From an uncultured Bacteroidales bacterium (GTDB lineage Bacteria; Bacteroidota; Bacteroidia; Bacteroidales; UBA932), in NCBI GenBank assembly GCA_900319185.1, contig ONNK01000004.1:1-45226 (forward strand): DNA of 45,226 bases, in the 5' to 3' direction. The stretch's first letter is position 1. Each line of letters starts with the position of its first letter. A model generated the notes under the pieces. It searched no databases. It was not told where the DNA came from and worked only from the letters and a program-made list of their open reading frames with translations. A program made the translations under genes and the position numbers. This document shows positions 1 to 8,283 of this stretch, in pieces.

Positions 1-792
1 CACGATTATTTCAACTCCATCTCCATCCCTATCCTCCTTCCCAAACTCAAGGAGCTGTTTTCCGATGACCCGCAGTTGTACGCTTTCTTCGAACGGATGC
101 TGAATGACGACAGGGCGCTGGCCGACGGGGAAGTGGTTCGGGAAAACCGCGGGGTGATGGCCGGCACGCCGACATCACCTTTCCTCGCGGATGTCTATCT
201 GATGGATGTGGACCGCCATTTCGCCGATGCCGGGGTGGTATATGCCCGGTATTCGGATGACATCATACTATTTGCGCAGGACAAGGAGGAGTTGGACAAG
301 CACAAAGCTACGCTGCTGGCTTTCCTGAAGGAATACCGGCTAGAGGTCAATCCCGAGAAGGAGCATCTATACAGTCCGGACGAGCCGTTCGAGTTCTTGG
401 GCTTCAGGTGTCACGGCAATACCATCGACATCTCGGGAGCGGTCAGGACCAAGATGAAAGGAAAGATACGACGAGCGGCGCGCTCTCTGCAGCGATGGCG
501 CGCCGCCAAGGGCGTAAGCGCGGAACAGGCCATGAAGGCCCTCATCCGCAAGTTCAACGCCAAGTTCTTCGAGGGAGACGATCCCGATTCGTTGAGCTGG
601 TCCAGGTGGTTCTTCCCGGTCATCAACCGTACGGAAGGGCTGAAAGAGATAGACTTATACTTGCAGCAGTATATACGCTACCTGTCTACGGGACGGCACA
701 CCAAGACGAACTACCGGGTGCGCTACGATGATCTCAAGGCCCTGGGCTACCGCAGCCTGGTCCATGAGTTCTATCTCTATAAAAGTAAATGA
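1..792 (+). CDS. Reverse transcriptase, group II intron-like, 5' truncated by the window edge
   Basis: Frame is open from base 1 (HDYFNSI = RT motif 3), then GVMAGTPTSPFLA (motif 4), YARYSDDII (YxDD), EFLGF (motif 7) and a maturase/thumb-like tail (WSRWFFPVIN..LKEIDLY..LGYRSL). Confidence 0.9.
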   Translation, partial: HDYFNSISIPILLPKLKELFSDDPQLYAFFERMLNDDRALADGEVVRENRGVMAGTPTSPFLADVYLMDVDRHFADAGVVYARYSDDIILFAQDKEELDKHKATLLAFLKEYRLEVNPEKEHLYSPDEPFEFLGFRCHGNTIDISGAVRTKMKGKIRRAARSLQRWRAAKGVSAEQAMKALIRKFNAKFFEGDDPDSLSWSRWFFPVINRTEGLKEIDLYLQQYIRYLSTGRHTKTNYRVRYDDLKALGYRSLVHEFYLYKSK

Positions 793-798
793 CTTTTC

Positions 799-1428
799 TT
801 ACCGTTTGTCGGTGACCTTGACGCCTGGAAGCTTGGAAGGATCGTAGGTGACATCATCGGCAGTCACTCCCGAAGCCATGTCCCTGAGAGTAATCGTTAT
901 CCCTTTCGTCCTGGCGCTCAGGTTCTTGGCTACATAGGTGTTCTTGTCTACGACGAGACTCATCTTCCTGGGGTCGTCCTTCTTGGTGTTGGATTTGGAC
1001 TTGGTACAATTGAAATACCATGCGTCGGCCGTCTCTTTCTCCAGTTTTACGTTGTACCCTTCAGTAACGCTGTTGACAAGTCCCAGGTTGTCATCCGTCG
1101 TCGAACTGTCGGATGGTTTCCTGTTTTCAATCACCACTTCATTGTCCTTGGGAGTGTAGGTCCAGGTGGTAGTCTCGTCCATCCATATCGTGGACTTTTC
1201 GTCCTTGAGCGACACTTCCATGCGGGTCTTTTCACCGAGTATCCAGATATCGGAAGAGGTCTTTCCGATGATGGGAATACTGATGTCCATGCCCATCTTC
1301 ATTCCTGTTTCGGGTTTGATCTTGGACATTGCCTCGTCCATGCGGGCGATGATCTCATCGGGGGTCTGTGCAGACAGGAGCGCTGCTGAAAAAAGGCAGG
1401 CAGCGATGCAGGTTAAAATGCGTTTCAT
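799..1428 (-). CDS. LolA-like outer-membrane lipoprotein carrier/sorting protein
   Basis: Signal peptide MKRILTCIAACLFSAALLSAQ; WMDETTTWTYTPKDNEVVI resembles LolA-family DGKTxWxYxxxxNEV. Alternative start at 1434. Confidence 0.7.
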   Translation of the reverse strand: MKRILTCIAACLFSAALLSAQTPDEIIARMDEAMSKIKPETGMKMGMDISIPIIGKTSSDIWILGEKTRMEVSLKDEKSTIWMDETTTWTYTPKDNEVVIENRKPSDSSTTDDNLGLVNSVTEGYNVKLEKETADAWYFNCTKSKSNTKKDDPRKMSLVVDKNTYVAKNLSARTKGITITLRDMASGVTADDVTYDPSKLPGVKVTDKR

Positions 1429-1475
1429 TGTCATCAGATTATCTAGTCATGCCGGGGCGGTATCGTACGGGCTTC

Positions 1476-1483
1476 CAAAGATA
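1476..1483 (-). promoter_or_regulatory. Bacteroidetes -7 promoter element (TATCTTTG) for the LolA-like gene
   Basis: Matches TAnnTTTG about 45 bp upstream of the start codon. Confidence 0.5.
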
Positions 1484-1535
1484 GTGATTTCCACCGGATT
1501 TCGGGAAAGAATAAGGTTTCATCGGGAAAAAAGAC

Positions 1536-1543
1536 TAAATTTG
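1536..1543 (+). promoter_or_regulatory. Bacteroidetes -7 promoter element (TAAATTTG) for the MBL-djlA operon
   Basis: Matches TAnnTTTG in the divergent intergenic region. Confidence 0.5.
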
Positions 1544-1577
1544 TCCTTCTTACATGAAACCAACAACCTTATACGAT

Positions 1578-3275
1578 ATGAACCTCATTAATCCCTTGAA
1601 AATCTTCACAGCCGCGCTGGCCATGACTCTCGTCGCCTGCGGCGGCCCCAAGGACGTCGAAGTCGGTCCGTACACCGTTTCCGTCATTGAGGACAACGTC
1701 TATCACATCCAGGACTACAACAGCGCCAACCCTGCCGGCGAGTCTTTCGACACCGAAGGCAACAAGACGCATTTCAACAATTGCTCCGATATCTATCTGA
1801 TCGTCGGTGAGAACGAGGCTCTGGTCATCGACCTTTCCAACCGTATCGACTGGGCTGACAACGCCGACGAGTCGCTTCGCGCCATCATCACCGAGCGGGC
1901 CGCAGGCAAGCCCGTGACTGTCACGTTCACGCACAGTCACGGCGACCACACCGGCATGCTGCCGGCGATGCTGGACCTGCCGGGCACGCGCTTTGCGCTG
2001 CCCCAGCAGGACTTCGCCCGCATGGCTGACCGCATCCCCGAGGACCGTCGGGAGTTCATCCGTGAGGGCAAGGAATTCGACCTCGGCGGCATGAAGGTCG
2101 AGACCATCGCCGTACCCGGCCACACTGTCGGATCGGTGGTATTCTATCTCAAGGACCACAACCTCCTCTTCTCCGGCGACGCCATCGGCTCCGGCCACGG
2201 AGTATGGCTCTTTAACGAGGATGCTTTCTACAACTATGTCTCCGCTGTCCCGCACCTGGTTGAGTGGCTCGAGGATCCCGAGAACGGCGTGGATCTCGAC
2301 AGGCTTCAGATCTACGGAGGCCATTATTGGCAGAAGGACTGGCTGACCCTGCCCAAGAAACGCGAGATGGGCATGGACTACATCCGTGAGATGCAGAAAC
2401 TGCTCAATCAGATAGAGGATGGCACCGCCGCCACCGAGCCTTCGAACCTCGGCCGCCAGGGTCTCGAGACCTATTTCCGCAACGGCAACGCCATCGTGAC
2501 ATGGAGCGCCGACCAGGCTGAGAAATACCGTAACAACTACGTAGAGAAGCTTGTTTACCGCGACGCGGACATCGTCTTCCGCCAGATAGACGAGCACACT
2601 TGGGAGGGCAACGGCCATCTCGTCTACAACGAGTCGGTCTATGTCGTAGAGGGAAATGACAAGGCCCTGGTGATCGATGCGGGTTCCCGCATGCCCCACC
2701 TCGACAAGGCCGTGGCCGCGCTCACCGACAAGCCGGTGATCATGGCCCTGACGCACGGCCACGGCGACCACATCGGTGGCATCGGCTGCTTCCCCGAGGT
2801 GTGGGTACATCCTGAGGATGCCGGTATGCTCCGCCGTTATGAGGGCAAGGTCAATCTCCTCGAGGACGGCCAGGTCATCGACCTTGGCGGCCGTCAGATA
2901 GAGGTTATGCATACCCCCGGACACACCGCCGGATCCGTGACCTTCTTCGACAAGGACCATCACTACGGCTTCAGCGGCGACGCCTTCGGCTCGACCAACC
3001 TCCTGCTCTTCGCCGGTACTTTCAAGACCTTGATCAACACCTGCACCCGCGCTGCGGAATACATGCAGAAGAACGGTATCGAGAAACTCTATCCCGGCCA
3101 TTATCACGGTGACAATCCCGAGACCCTTCAGCGCGTCCTCGACGAGAAGAAAATGTCCGAGGAGGTACTCTCCGGCAAGCGCAAGGGCACACCCGATACC
3201 GCCAACGGCCTGAACCGCGTCGTCACCGACTTCGGAGTCAACATCCGTTACAACGACCCTGACGCTCTAAAGTAG
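1578..3275 (+). CDS. Lipoprotein with two tandem metallo-beta-lactamase-fold hydrolase domains
   Basis: Lipobox LVAC; two complete HxHxDH motifs (THSHGDH, THGHGDH), each followed by PGHT, SGDA and a terminal GH. Alternative start at 1554. Confidence 0.85.
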   Translation: MNLINPLKIFTAALAMTLVACGGPKDVEVGPYTVSVIEDNVYHIQDYNSANPAGESFDTEGNKTHFNNCSDIYLIVGENEALVIDLSNRIDWADNADESLRAIITERAAGKPVTVTFTHSHGDHTGMLPAMLDLPGTRFALPQQDFARMADRIPEDRREFIREGKEFDLGGMKVETIAVPGHTVGSVVFYLKDHNLLFSGDAIGSGHGVWLFNEDAFYNYVSAVPHLVEWLEDPENGVDLDRLQIYGGHYWQKDWLTLPKKREMGMDYIREMQKLLNQIEDGTAATEPSNLGRQGLETYFRNGNAIVTWSADQAEKYRNNYVEKLVYRDADIVFRQIDEHTWEGNGHLVYNESVYVVEGNDKALVIDAGSRMPHLDKAVAALTDKPVIMALTHGHGDHIGGIGCFPEVWVHPEDAGMLRRYEGKVNLLEDGQVIDLGGRQIEVMHTPGHTAGSVTFFDKDHHYGFSGDAFGSTNLLLFAGTFKTLINTCTRAAEYMQKNGIEKLYPGHYHGDNPETLQRVLDEKKMSEEVLSGKRKGTPDTANGLNRVVTDFGVNIRYNDPDALK

Positions 3276-4127
3276 ATGGGATCGGCCAAGTGGATAGGCG
3301 GTTTGCTGGGCTGGGTGTCCGGCGGGCCCATCGGGGCGCTTCTCGGATACTTCCTGGGATCAGCCGTTGAAAAGTTCATAGACGCTGCCCGGCAGCTGCC
3401 GGGCGGCGGCTATGGAGACAGCCAGGGTGGCTATGGCCGGTCCGGATCCGGCTCCGGCGGATACACCGGCTGGCCTGGCGGATATCAGCAGCAGACCGGC
3501 ACCTACCGCCAGTCGACTGGCGGGCGCTATACGGCGGACGAACAGCGCAACAGCTTCTTCGTCAGCCTGCTGGTGCTCTCGTCCGCCGTCATCAAGGCCG
3601 ACGGCCAGGTCTCGCAGTCTGAGCTCAACTGCGTGCGGGAGTTCATCCGCCGCAATTTCGGGGACTCCGTTGTAGAAGAGGCCATGCGGATGCTGGACAG
3701 TTTCAACCGCCAGCAGGTCAACATCTACTCGGTAGGCGACCAGATAGCCTCCAACATGAACTACTCACAGCGACTGCAGCTGTTCCACTATCTTGTACAG
3801 ATCGCTACCTCAGACGGAAACTTCAGCAAGTCCGAGAAATCGGTCCTGGAGGCCATCGGTGCGGTGATCCGTCTCAACAACTCCGACATCAACTCCGTCA
3901 TCGCGATGTTCTACAAGGAGAATGACGAGTCCGCCTATGCGGTCCTCGGCATCTCTCCCAGCGCCACCGATGACGAAGTCAAGAGCGCCTACCGCAAGAT
4001 GGCGATGAAGAACCATCCGGACAAGGTTTCTACCCTTGGTCCGGAGGTCCAGAAAGCCGCCGAAGAGAAATTCCGCCAGATCCAGGACGCTTACGAGACC
4101 ATCAAGCGCCAGCGCGGAATGAACTAG
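3276..4127 (+). CDS. djlA: DjlA-like co-chaperone (N-terminal membrane anchor, TerB-like domain, C-terminal J domain)
   Basis: GGLLGWVSGGPIGALLG anchor, ADGQVSQSE TerB-like motif, AYAVLG...HPDK J domain. Confidence 0.85.
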   Translation: MGSAKWIGGLLGWVSGGPIGALLGYFLGSAVEKFIDAARQLPGGGYGDSQGGYGRSGSGSGGYTGWPGGYQQQTGTYRQSTGGRYTADEQRNSFFVSLLVLSSAVIKADGQVSQSELNCVREFIRRNFGDSVVEEAMRMLDSFNRQQVNIYSVGDQIASNMNYSQRLQLFHYLVQIATSDGNFSKSEKSVLEAIGAVIRLNNSDINSVIAMFYKENDESAYAVLGISPSATDDEVKSAYRKMAMKNHPDKVSTLGPEVQKAAEEKFRQIQDAYETIKRQRGMN

Positions 4128-4729
4128 AACGCGAGTCCCAGGTTAAGTCCAAGCGAGGGACCGGCACTGCAGCCGATGAATACATTGGACTTGCCCCACA
4201 CTCTGAGGGAAAGTCCCGCCTCCCAGCAATAGTACCATTTCATTACACCGACTTCAGGCAAATGCCCCGCGTCCGGATTCCCTGTGGAAACCTTGTAGAC
4301 ATAGCTTCCGCCTCCCATCAGGTCGCTGTACAGGGAGATCACGCGTTTCTTGTCCAGGGGGATGTAATGCCTGTGGTGCAGGAAGAAGTTGAACCTCCTT
4401 GACGTTGCGGGGATGGCGTCGTGCCATACCTTTGCCAGACCCGCACCTACGCCGAACACCTTGTTGGGGCTGGTCCTTATTCCCAACGTGAACTCATAGG
4501 CTCCGTAATAGATCATCGTGTTGATCCTACCGGTGACTTCCGGGCGCCAGCTCTTCCTCCATTCCGGGGACAGGTGTGCCTTGACGCTTTCAAAGTAGTT
4601 GGAGACGAGGAACTGCGGTTGTTCGAAATCGAGTTTTTCGCCGGAGGCCGTTGTGGTGTTTTCTGCATTCTGTGCTGATGCGGTGATGGCTATGAGCGCA
4701 GCCGCGAAAAGAGCAAGTATCTTTTTCAT
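4124..4729 (-). CDS. Secreted protein, probable small outer-membrane beta-barrel
   Basis: Signal peptide, alternating hydrophobic strands, C-terminal LNLGLAF ending in Phe. Confidence 0.6.
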   Translation of the reverse strand: MKKILALFAAALIAITASAQNAENTTTASGEKLDFEQPQFLVSNYFESVKAHLSPEWRKSWRPEVTGRINTMIYYGAYEFTLGIRTSPNKVFGVGAGLAKVWHDAIPATSRRFNFFLHHRHYIPLDKKRVISLYSDLMGGGSYVYKVSTGNPDAGHLPEVGVMKWYYCWEAGLSLRVWGKSNVFIGCSAGPSLGLNLGLAF

Positions 4730-4732
4730 TGT

Positions 4733-5179
4733 CTACTGTTTTTCAAACATGGATTGCAGGTCTTCGATGGTAGCCGATCCTTCCAGATAGAGGAGTGTGA
4801 CCTTCCACAGGCCTTCGGCTACCGACCTGGCCTGGTAGCAGAGGTAGCGGTTGTCCTTGTTCTTGGACTTTGTCTGTATCATTGCGTAGGTCAGGAATGC
4901 GCCGCCCTTCTCGGTCTCCACCGATTTGTAGGCGGCGGCATCGGCCTCGACGAGCGCGGACACTTTCGTGGCCAGCGCTGCGTCGGCCAGGAAACTCACG
5001 CTTCGGTAATAGCTCAACTTGTAGGTGGCCATGCTGCCGCCGCGGGCCTCCGTTATCACCATCTTCTCATCGGGGACGACCAGTCCCCGGAAGATGGGAT
5101 TGCTGTTGAGGCCCCGCTGGGCGAGGGCGGAGCCCATGACGAGGAGCAGCGCCGCAAGGCTTGTCAAAATCTTTTTCAT
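4733..5179 (-). CDS. Exported protein of ECF sigma operons (DUF6108-like)
   Basis: Signal peptide; YKLSYYRSVSF and C-terminal LLYLEG pattern; lies after the sigma/anti-sigma pair. Confidence 0.55.
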   Translation of the reverse strand: MKKILTSLAALLLVMGSALAQRGLNSNPIFRGLVVPDEKMVITEARGGSMATYKLSYYRSVSFLADAALATKVSALVEADAAAYKSVETEKGGAFLTYAMIQTKSKNKDNRYLCYQARSVAEGLWKVTLLYLEGSATIEDLQSMFEKQ

Positions 5180-5595
5180 CGTTTGAACAATTCTATCAGG
5201 TTAGCTTCTGCCGGCGTGTCGCCGGAAAAGAACTCGGTCAGGGACGACTCGACGGAGGCCATGACCTCCTCGCGGTCGTCCGACCGTTCGCCATAGGTGT
5301 ACTGGACGTACAGGTCGTCCTTGGGGGAGCGGCCGCCGGCCAGGCCGAGCCCGAAGGCCAGGATGGCCGCGAGGCAGGCCGCTGCCGCGGCGAAGGAGTA
5401 CAGGCGGACCCTGCGGGCGCGCCTGGCCCGCAGCCCGCGGCCGACGGACAGGTAGCCGAGGACGCCGCGCACGGCGTCGAAAGCGGCATCGTCCGTCCGC
5501 GCGGCGTAGCGGGCGAGCGCCCGCTCCTCCTCCGGAGTGGTCTCTCCCTCGAAATATCGCCGCATCAGCTCTGTGTATCTTTCTTTATCGGTCAT
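5176..5595 (-). CDS. Putative anti-sigma factor, single transmembrane helix
   Basis: RYFEGETTPEEERAL N-terminus, then AAAAACLAAILAFG helix; overlaps the ECF sigma stop. Confidence 0.7.
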   Translation of the reverse strand: MTDKERYTELMRRYFEGETTPEEERALARYAARTDDAAFDAVRGVLGYLSVGRGLRARRARRVRLYSFAAAAACLAAILAFGLGLAGGRSPKDDLYVQYTYGERSDDREEVMASVESSLTEFFSGDTPAEANLIELFKR

Positions 5596-6064
5596 CTTCA
5601 AGTGCTTTTCTAAGTGTTTTCCTGGCTCGGGAGAGCTGCATCCTCACCGCCGCCGGCTCCATTTTCAATTCCCTGGCAATGTCTTCCATGGTCCTCCCTC
5701 CGTATTCCTTCTCTTCCAGTATGTATCGTTGTATGTCTGACAGTTCCGTTTCGATCTTCCGTCGCATTTCGGCATAGGCCTTTTCTCTCTCCCTGTCATC
5801 GGGACCGTCATCGATGATGTCCCTTTCCAATGGCACCGTCCGCTGTCTCCGTCTCTCGTTGAGGCTCGCGTTCCGTACCGTCCTGGCGAGCAGCGCCTCC
5901 GCCTCCTTCTCGGAACCCAGCGGATACTTCCGTCTCCAGAGCTGCACGAAGCTGTCCTGCAGGACATCCTCCGCCCCTCCGGGATCCGGCAGTATCCCGC
6001 CGGAGACTCCCTTCAGCTTCTGCCGGAGTCTCACGAATGCATCTGTAAGAAAGTCTTGCGCCAT
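5585..6064 (-). CDS. ECF-subfamily RNA polymerase sigma factor
   Basis: AEDVLQDSFVQLW (region 2) and EDIARELKMEPAAVRMQLSRARKTLR (region 4). True start is likely the ATG at 6064. Confidence 0.9.
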   Translation of the reverse strand: MAQDFLTDAFVRLRQKLKGVSGGILPDPGGAEDVLQDSFVQLWRRKYPLGSEKEAEALLARTVRNASLNERRRQRTVPLERDIIDDGPDDREREKAYAEMRRKIETELSDIQRYILEEKEYGGRTMEDIARELKMEPAAVRMQLSRARKTLRKALEDDR

Positions 6065-6124
6065 AACTTCTACAATTATAACACATAGAAGTGGAAAACG
6101 TAACACACCGTCACCAAAAAATCG

Positions 6125-6132
6125 TACCTTTG
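6125..6132 (+). promoter_or_regulatory. Bacteroidetes -7 promoter element (TACCTTTG)
   Basis: TAnnTTTG 7 bp before the ATG at 6140, implying a near-leaderless mRNA. Confidence 0.45.
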
Positions 6133-6139
6133 CCATACC

Positions 6140-7057
6140 ATGTCCAAACACAGATCAGCAGTCCGGCGCAGGGCCTTTGCGATCTGGCAGAAACTCGGCT
6201 TCCTGCCCTGGTCGAAGGATAAGGCCAAATCCCATAAGGGGGACTTCTACAGAGGAGCCTTCGATACCATCCCCTTCCTCAACGATGATGCGAAGCGCAC
6301 CTTCGTGCACCTGCTGCTGCGCCCTGGCTACATGATCCGGGACTACATCAAGGGCCAGCACGAACGGTATCTTGCTCCGCTGACCTCCCTTATCATCTTC
6401 TATGCGTTTTTCGCCCTTGTCTCGTCCATAGTCAATCCTGACTATTCGACTTATCAGCAAGAAGGGAAAGCTTCGGCGAGTTTCATCAGGGATTCCATAC
6501 TTGTGGACTCCGACCGCGCTGTCGATCTCGCGGATTCCATCGGAATAGACGAGTCAAGGCGTAACATCGCGATGAAAGTCGTGGGAATAACGGATTTCCT
6601 GGACCTGCTGAACCTTGACAAACATCCGGAGAAAGTCGACACCCCGGTCAAGGCCTCGCTGGCTGCCTTGGAAAACGCCTTGCGAAGTCAAGGCATCTAC
6701 CTGTTCCTCGGCGAGTTCCTGCTGCTTTGGTGCGCGATGTGCTTTGCGCTGAAGAAGAAAGGCATGAGCAAATCCGCTTGTGCCGCCGCCACCGCCTACA
6801 TCCTATGTCAGTTCTGCTTCTTCATGTTCTTCTCCCTGTTCTTTGCCGTTGAAGAAAAAGGCGAGATCGGCGTCGGCCTCATGGCTGTCCTTCTGGCTAT
6901 CGACTATGCCCAACTGTTCGGCCTTGGATGGAAAAAGAGTCTCGGGCTTACCATAAAGACCGGCTGGTACTACCTCCTCACCTTACTCGCCCTGATAGTC
7001 CTTCTCATTGGCATTGTCGCCCTCTACGTCGGCGTGAGTGCCTCCGCTGCCGCCTGA
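6140..7057 (+). CDS. DUF3667-like membrane protein
   Basis: RTFVHLLLRPGYMIRDYIKGQHERYLAP motif and several transmembrane segments. Confidence 0.7.
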   Translation: MSKHRSAVRRRAFAIWQKLGFLPWSKDKAKSHKGDFYRGAFDTIPFLNDDAKRTFVHLLLRPGYMIRDYIKGQHERYLAPLTSLIIFYAFFALVSSIVNPDYSTYQQEGKASASFIRDSILVDSDRAVDLADSIGIDESRRNIAMKVVGITDFLDLLNLDKHPEKVDTPVKASLAALENALRSQGIYLFLGEFLLLWCAMCFALKKKGMSKSACAAATAYILCQFCFFMFFSLFFAVEEKGEIGVGLMAVLLAIDYAQLFGLGWKKSLGLTIKTGWYYLLTLLALIVLLIGIVALYVGVSASAAA

Positions 7058-7085
7058 TAAGGGTAAGAACCATCCCGAAATTCAG

Positions 7086-7189
7086 TCGAGCGCACTTTCG
7101 GCATTTCACGGCCGTTTTCGCGGCAGATGTGACATTACGATCCCGCATCTGCCGCGTTTTCGTGTCTGGGAGGCCGAAAATGCGCTTGA
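7086..7189 (+). repeat. Hairpin repeat R1, copy 1 (full, ~104 bp)
   Basis: Outer arms agcgcactttcggc / gccgaaaatgcgct and inner arms cgcggcagatg / catctgccgcg; near-identical to copies at 13453 and 16377. Confidence 0.9.
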
Positions 7190-7301
7190 TATTGTAGCCA
7201 CCCCTTAAAAGTTGATAATAAGGACAAAAGATTGGCTATTAGACGCAGGATTTATCAAAACGGGGAGTTATTTATCTATAAATAACACGATATTTATCTG
7301 T

Positions 7302-8283
7302 ATGAAGAATCCATTCCTTGTCCTGAGCCTTGTTCTGGCCTTGTCGGTATCCTGCGTGCGAGAGCTGACGCTGGATCCGGGGGAGGAGCCGATGGTAGTG
7401 GTGGACTGCGTACTGTTTGACGAGTCGCCGCAGACGCTGAGGCTTTTCTATTCCAGGCCTCCGGCGTATTCAGAGATGACCCCGGTCACTGAGGCTGAGG
7501 TCGAACTCATCGACAAGACTGAAGGGAAGACCGTCGGGATGTTCGTGCATCAGGAGGGAAGGGAATGGACACTTGACTATTCCGCCGTTCCGGAGCACGA
7601 ATACCGGTTGGAGGTCAGGGTTCCAGGGCATGATCTGGTTTATGCCGAGGATACTATGCCGGAGGTCCCCGGGATCTGGGCCCGCACGCAATCCGGCGGT
7701 GGTTTCGACAAATACGGAGAGCGTTTTGTCGGAACGGTTTTCGATATCACGACGCTTCCTCCTTTCACTTGGATATATGCCTTGAACTACAACGGTGAGG
7801 CTGGCAGGCACGAGATTGCAGAGGAGATCTGCACGGATTTCCCGTGGGTGGACAATTTCAATCTGACCGGAGATTCATATGCTCCGAAAGTGGAACCGTT
7901 CGATTATCCTTTCGACTTTCTCGGTCCGGCAAAGAGCTATCCCTGTCTCGAAGGGACGGCGCTTCACTGGCGCTTTCTTCGCCTTGTTGCCCCTGACGAC
8001 TTTGACCGTGAGGATTCATGGCCGTTCTTCATCATTTCCGGGAGTTTCAAGGGCGATTTTTATCGCGGTAACTCTTCTGTGAACGTATCTGGCAACCCAG
8101 GGCCGGAACAGGTATCTTCGCGACGCCATGCGTCTGGAGCAGTTGCAGGAGTCCTCGGACATGAGTTCTGTCTACTGCCGGGATAACGTCCATTCCAATA
8201 TCGTCGGGGGTATCGGCATTTTCGGTGCCCGGACACAACAGTTACGCCAATGGAACAGAGGCCAGGTCACAATCGGAGACTGA
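7302..8283 (+). pseudogene. DUF4249-like lipoprotein with a frameshift near 8110
   Basis: Lipobox SVSC and PEHEYRLEV..GH..VYAE..MP. The original frame stops at 8186, while the family C-terminal motif SNIVGGIGIFGA lies in another frame ending at 8283. Confidence 0.75.

Noticed and set aside
1-800. RT as part of a group II intron, retron or diversity-generating retroelement
   Set aside because: No domain V/VI is visible after the ORF; it has FLGF rather than the retron VTG motif and lacks the DGR SQ motif. Differences between the Rhs duplicates include many C/T changes rather than adenine-only changes. Upstream context is unseen.
1569-3107. Long antisense ORF (512 aa)
   Set aside because: Shadow of the GC-rich MBL gene with no protein motifs.
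1578-3275. Antibiotic-resistance metallo-beta-lactamase
   Set aside because: HxHxDH is general to the MBL fold; no class B1 cysteine motif or other resistance signature is evident.
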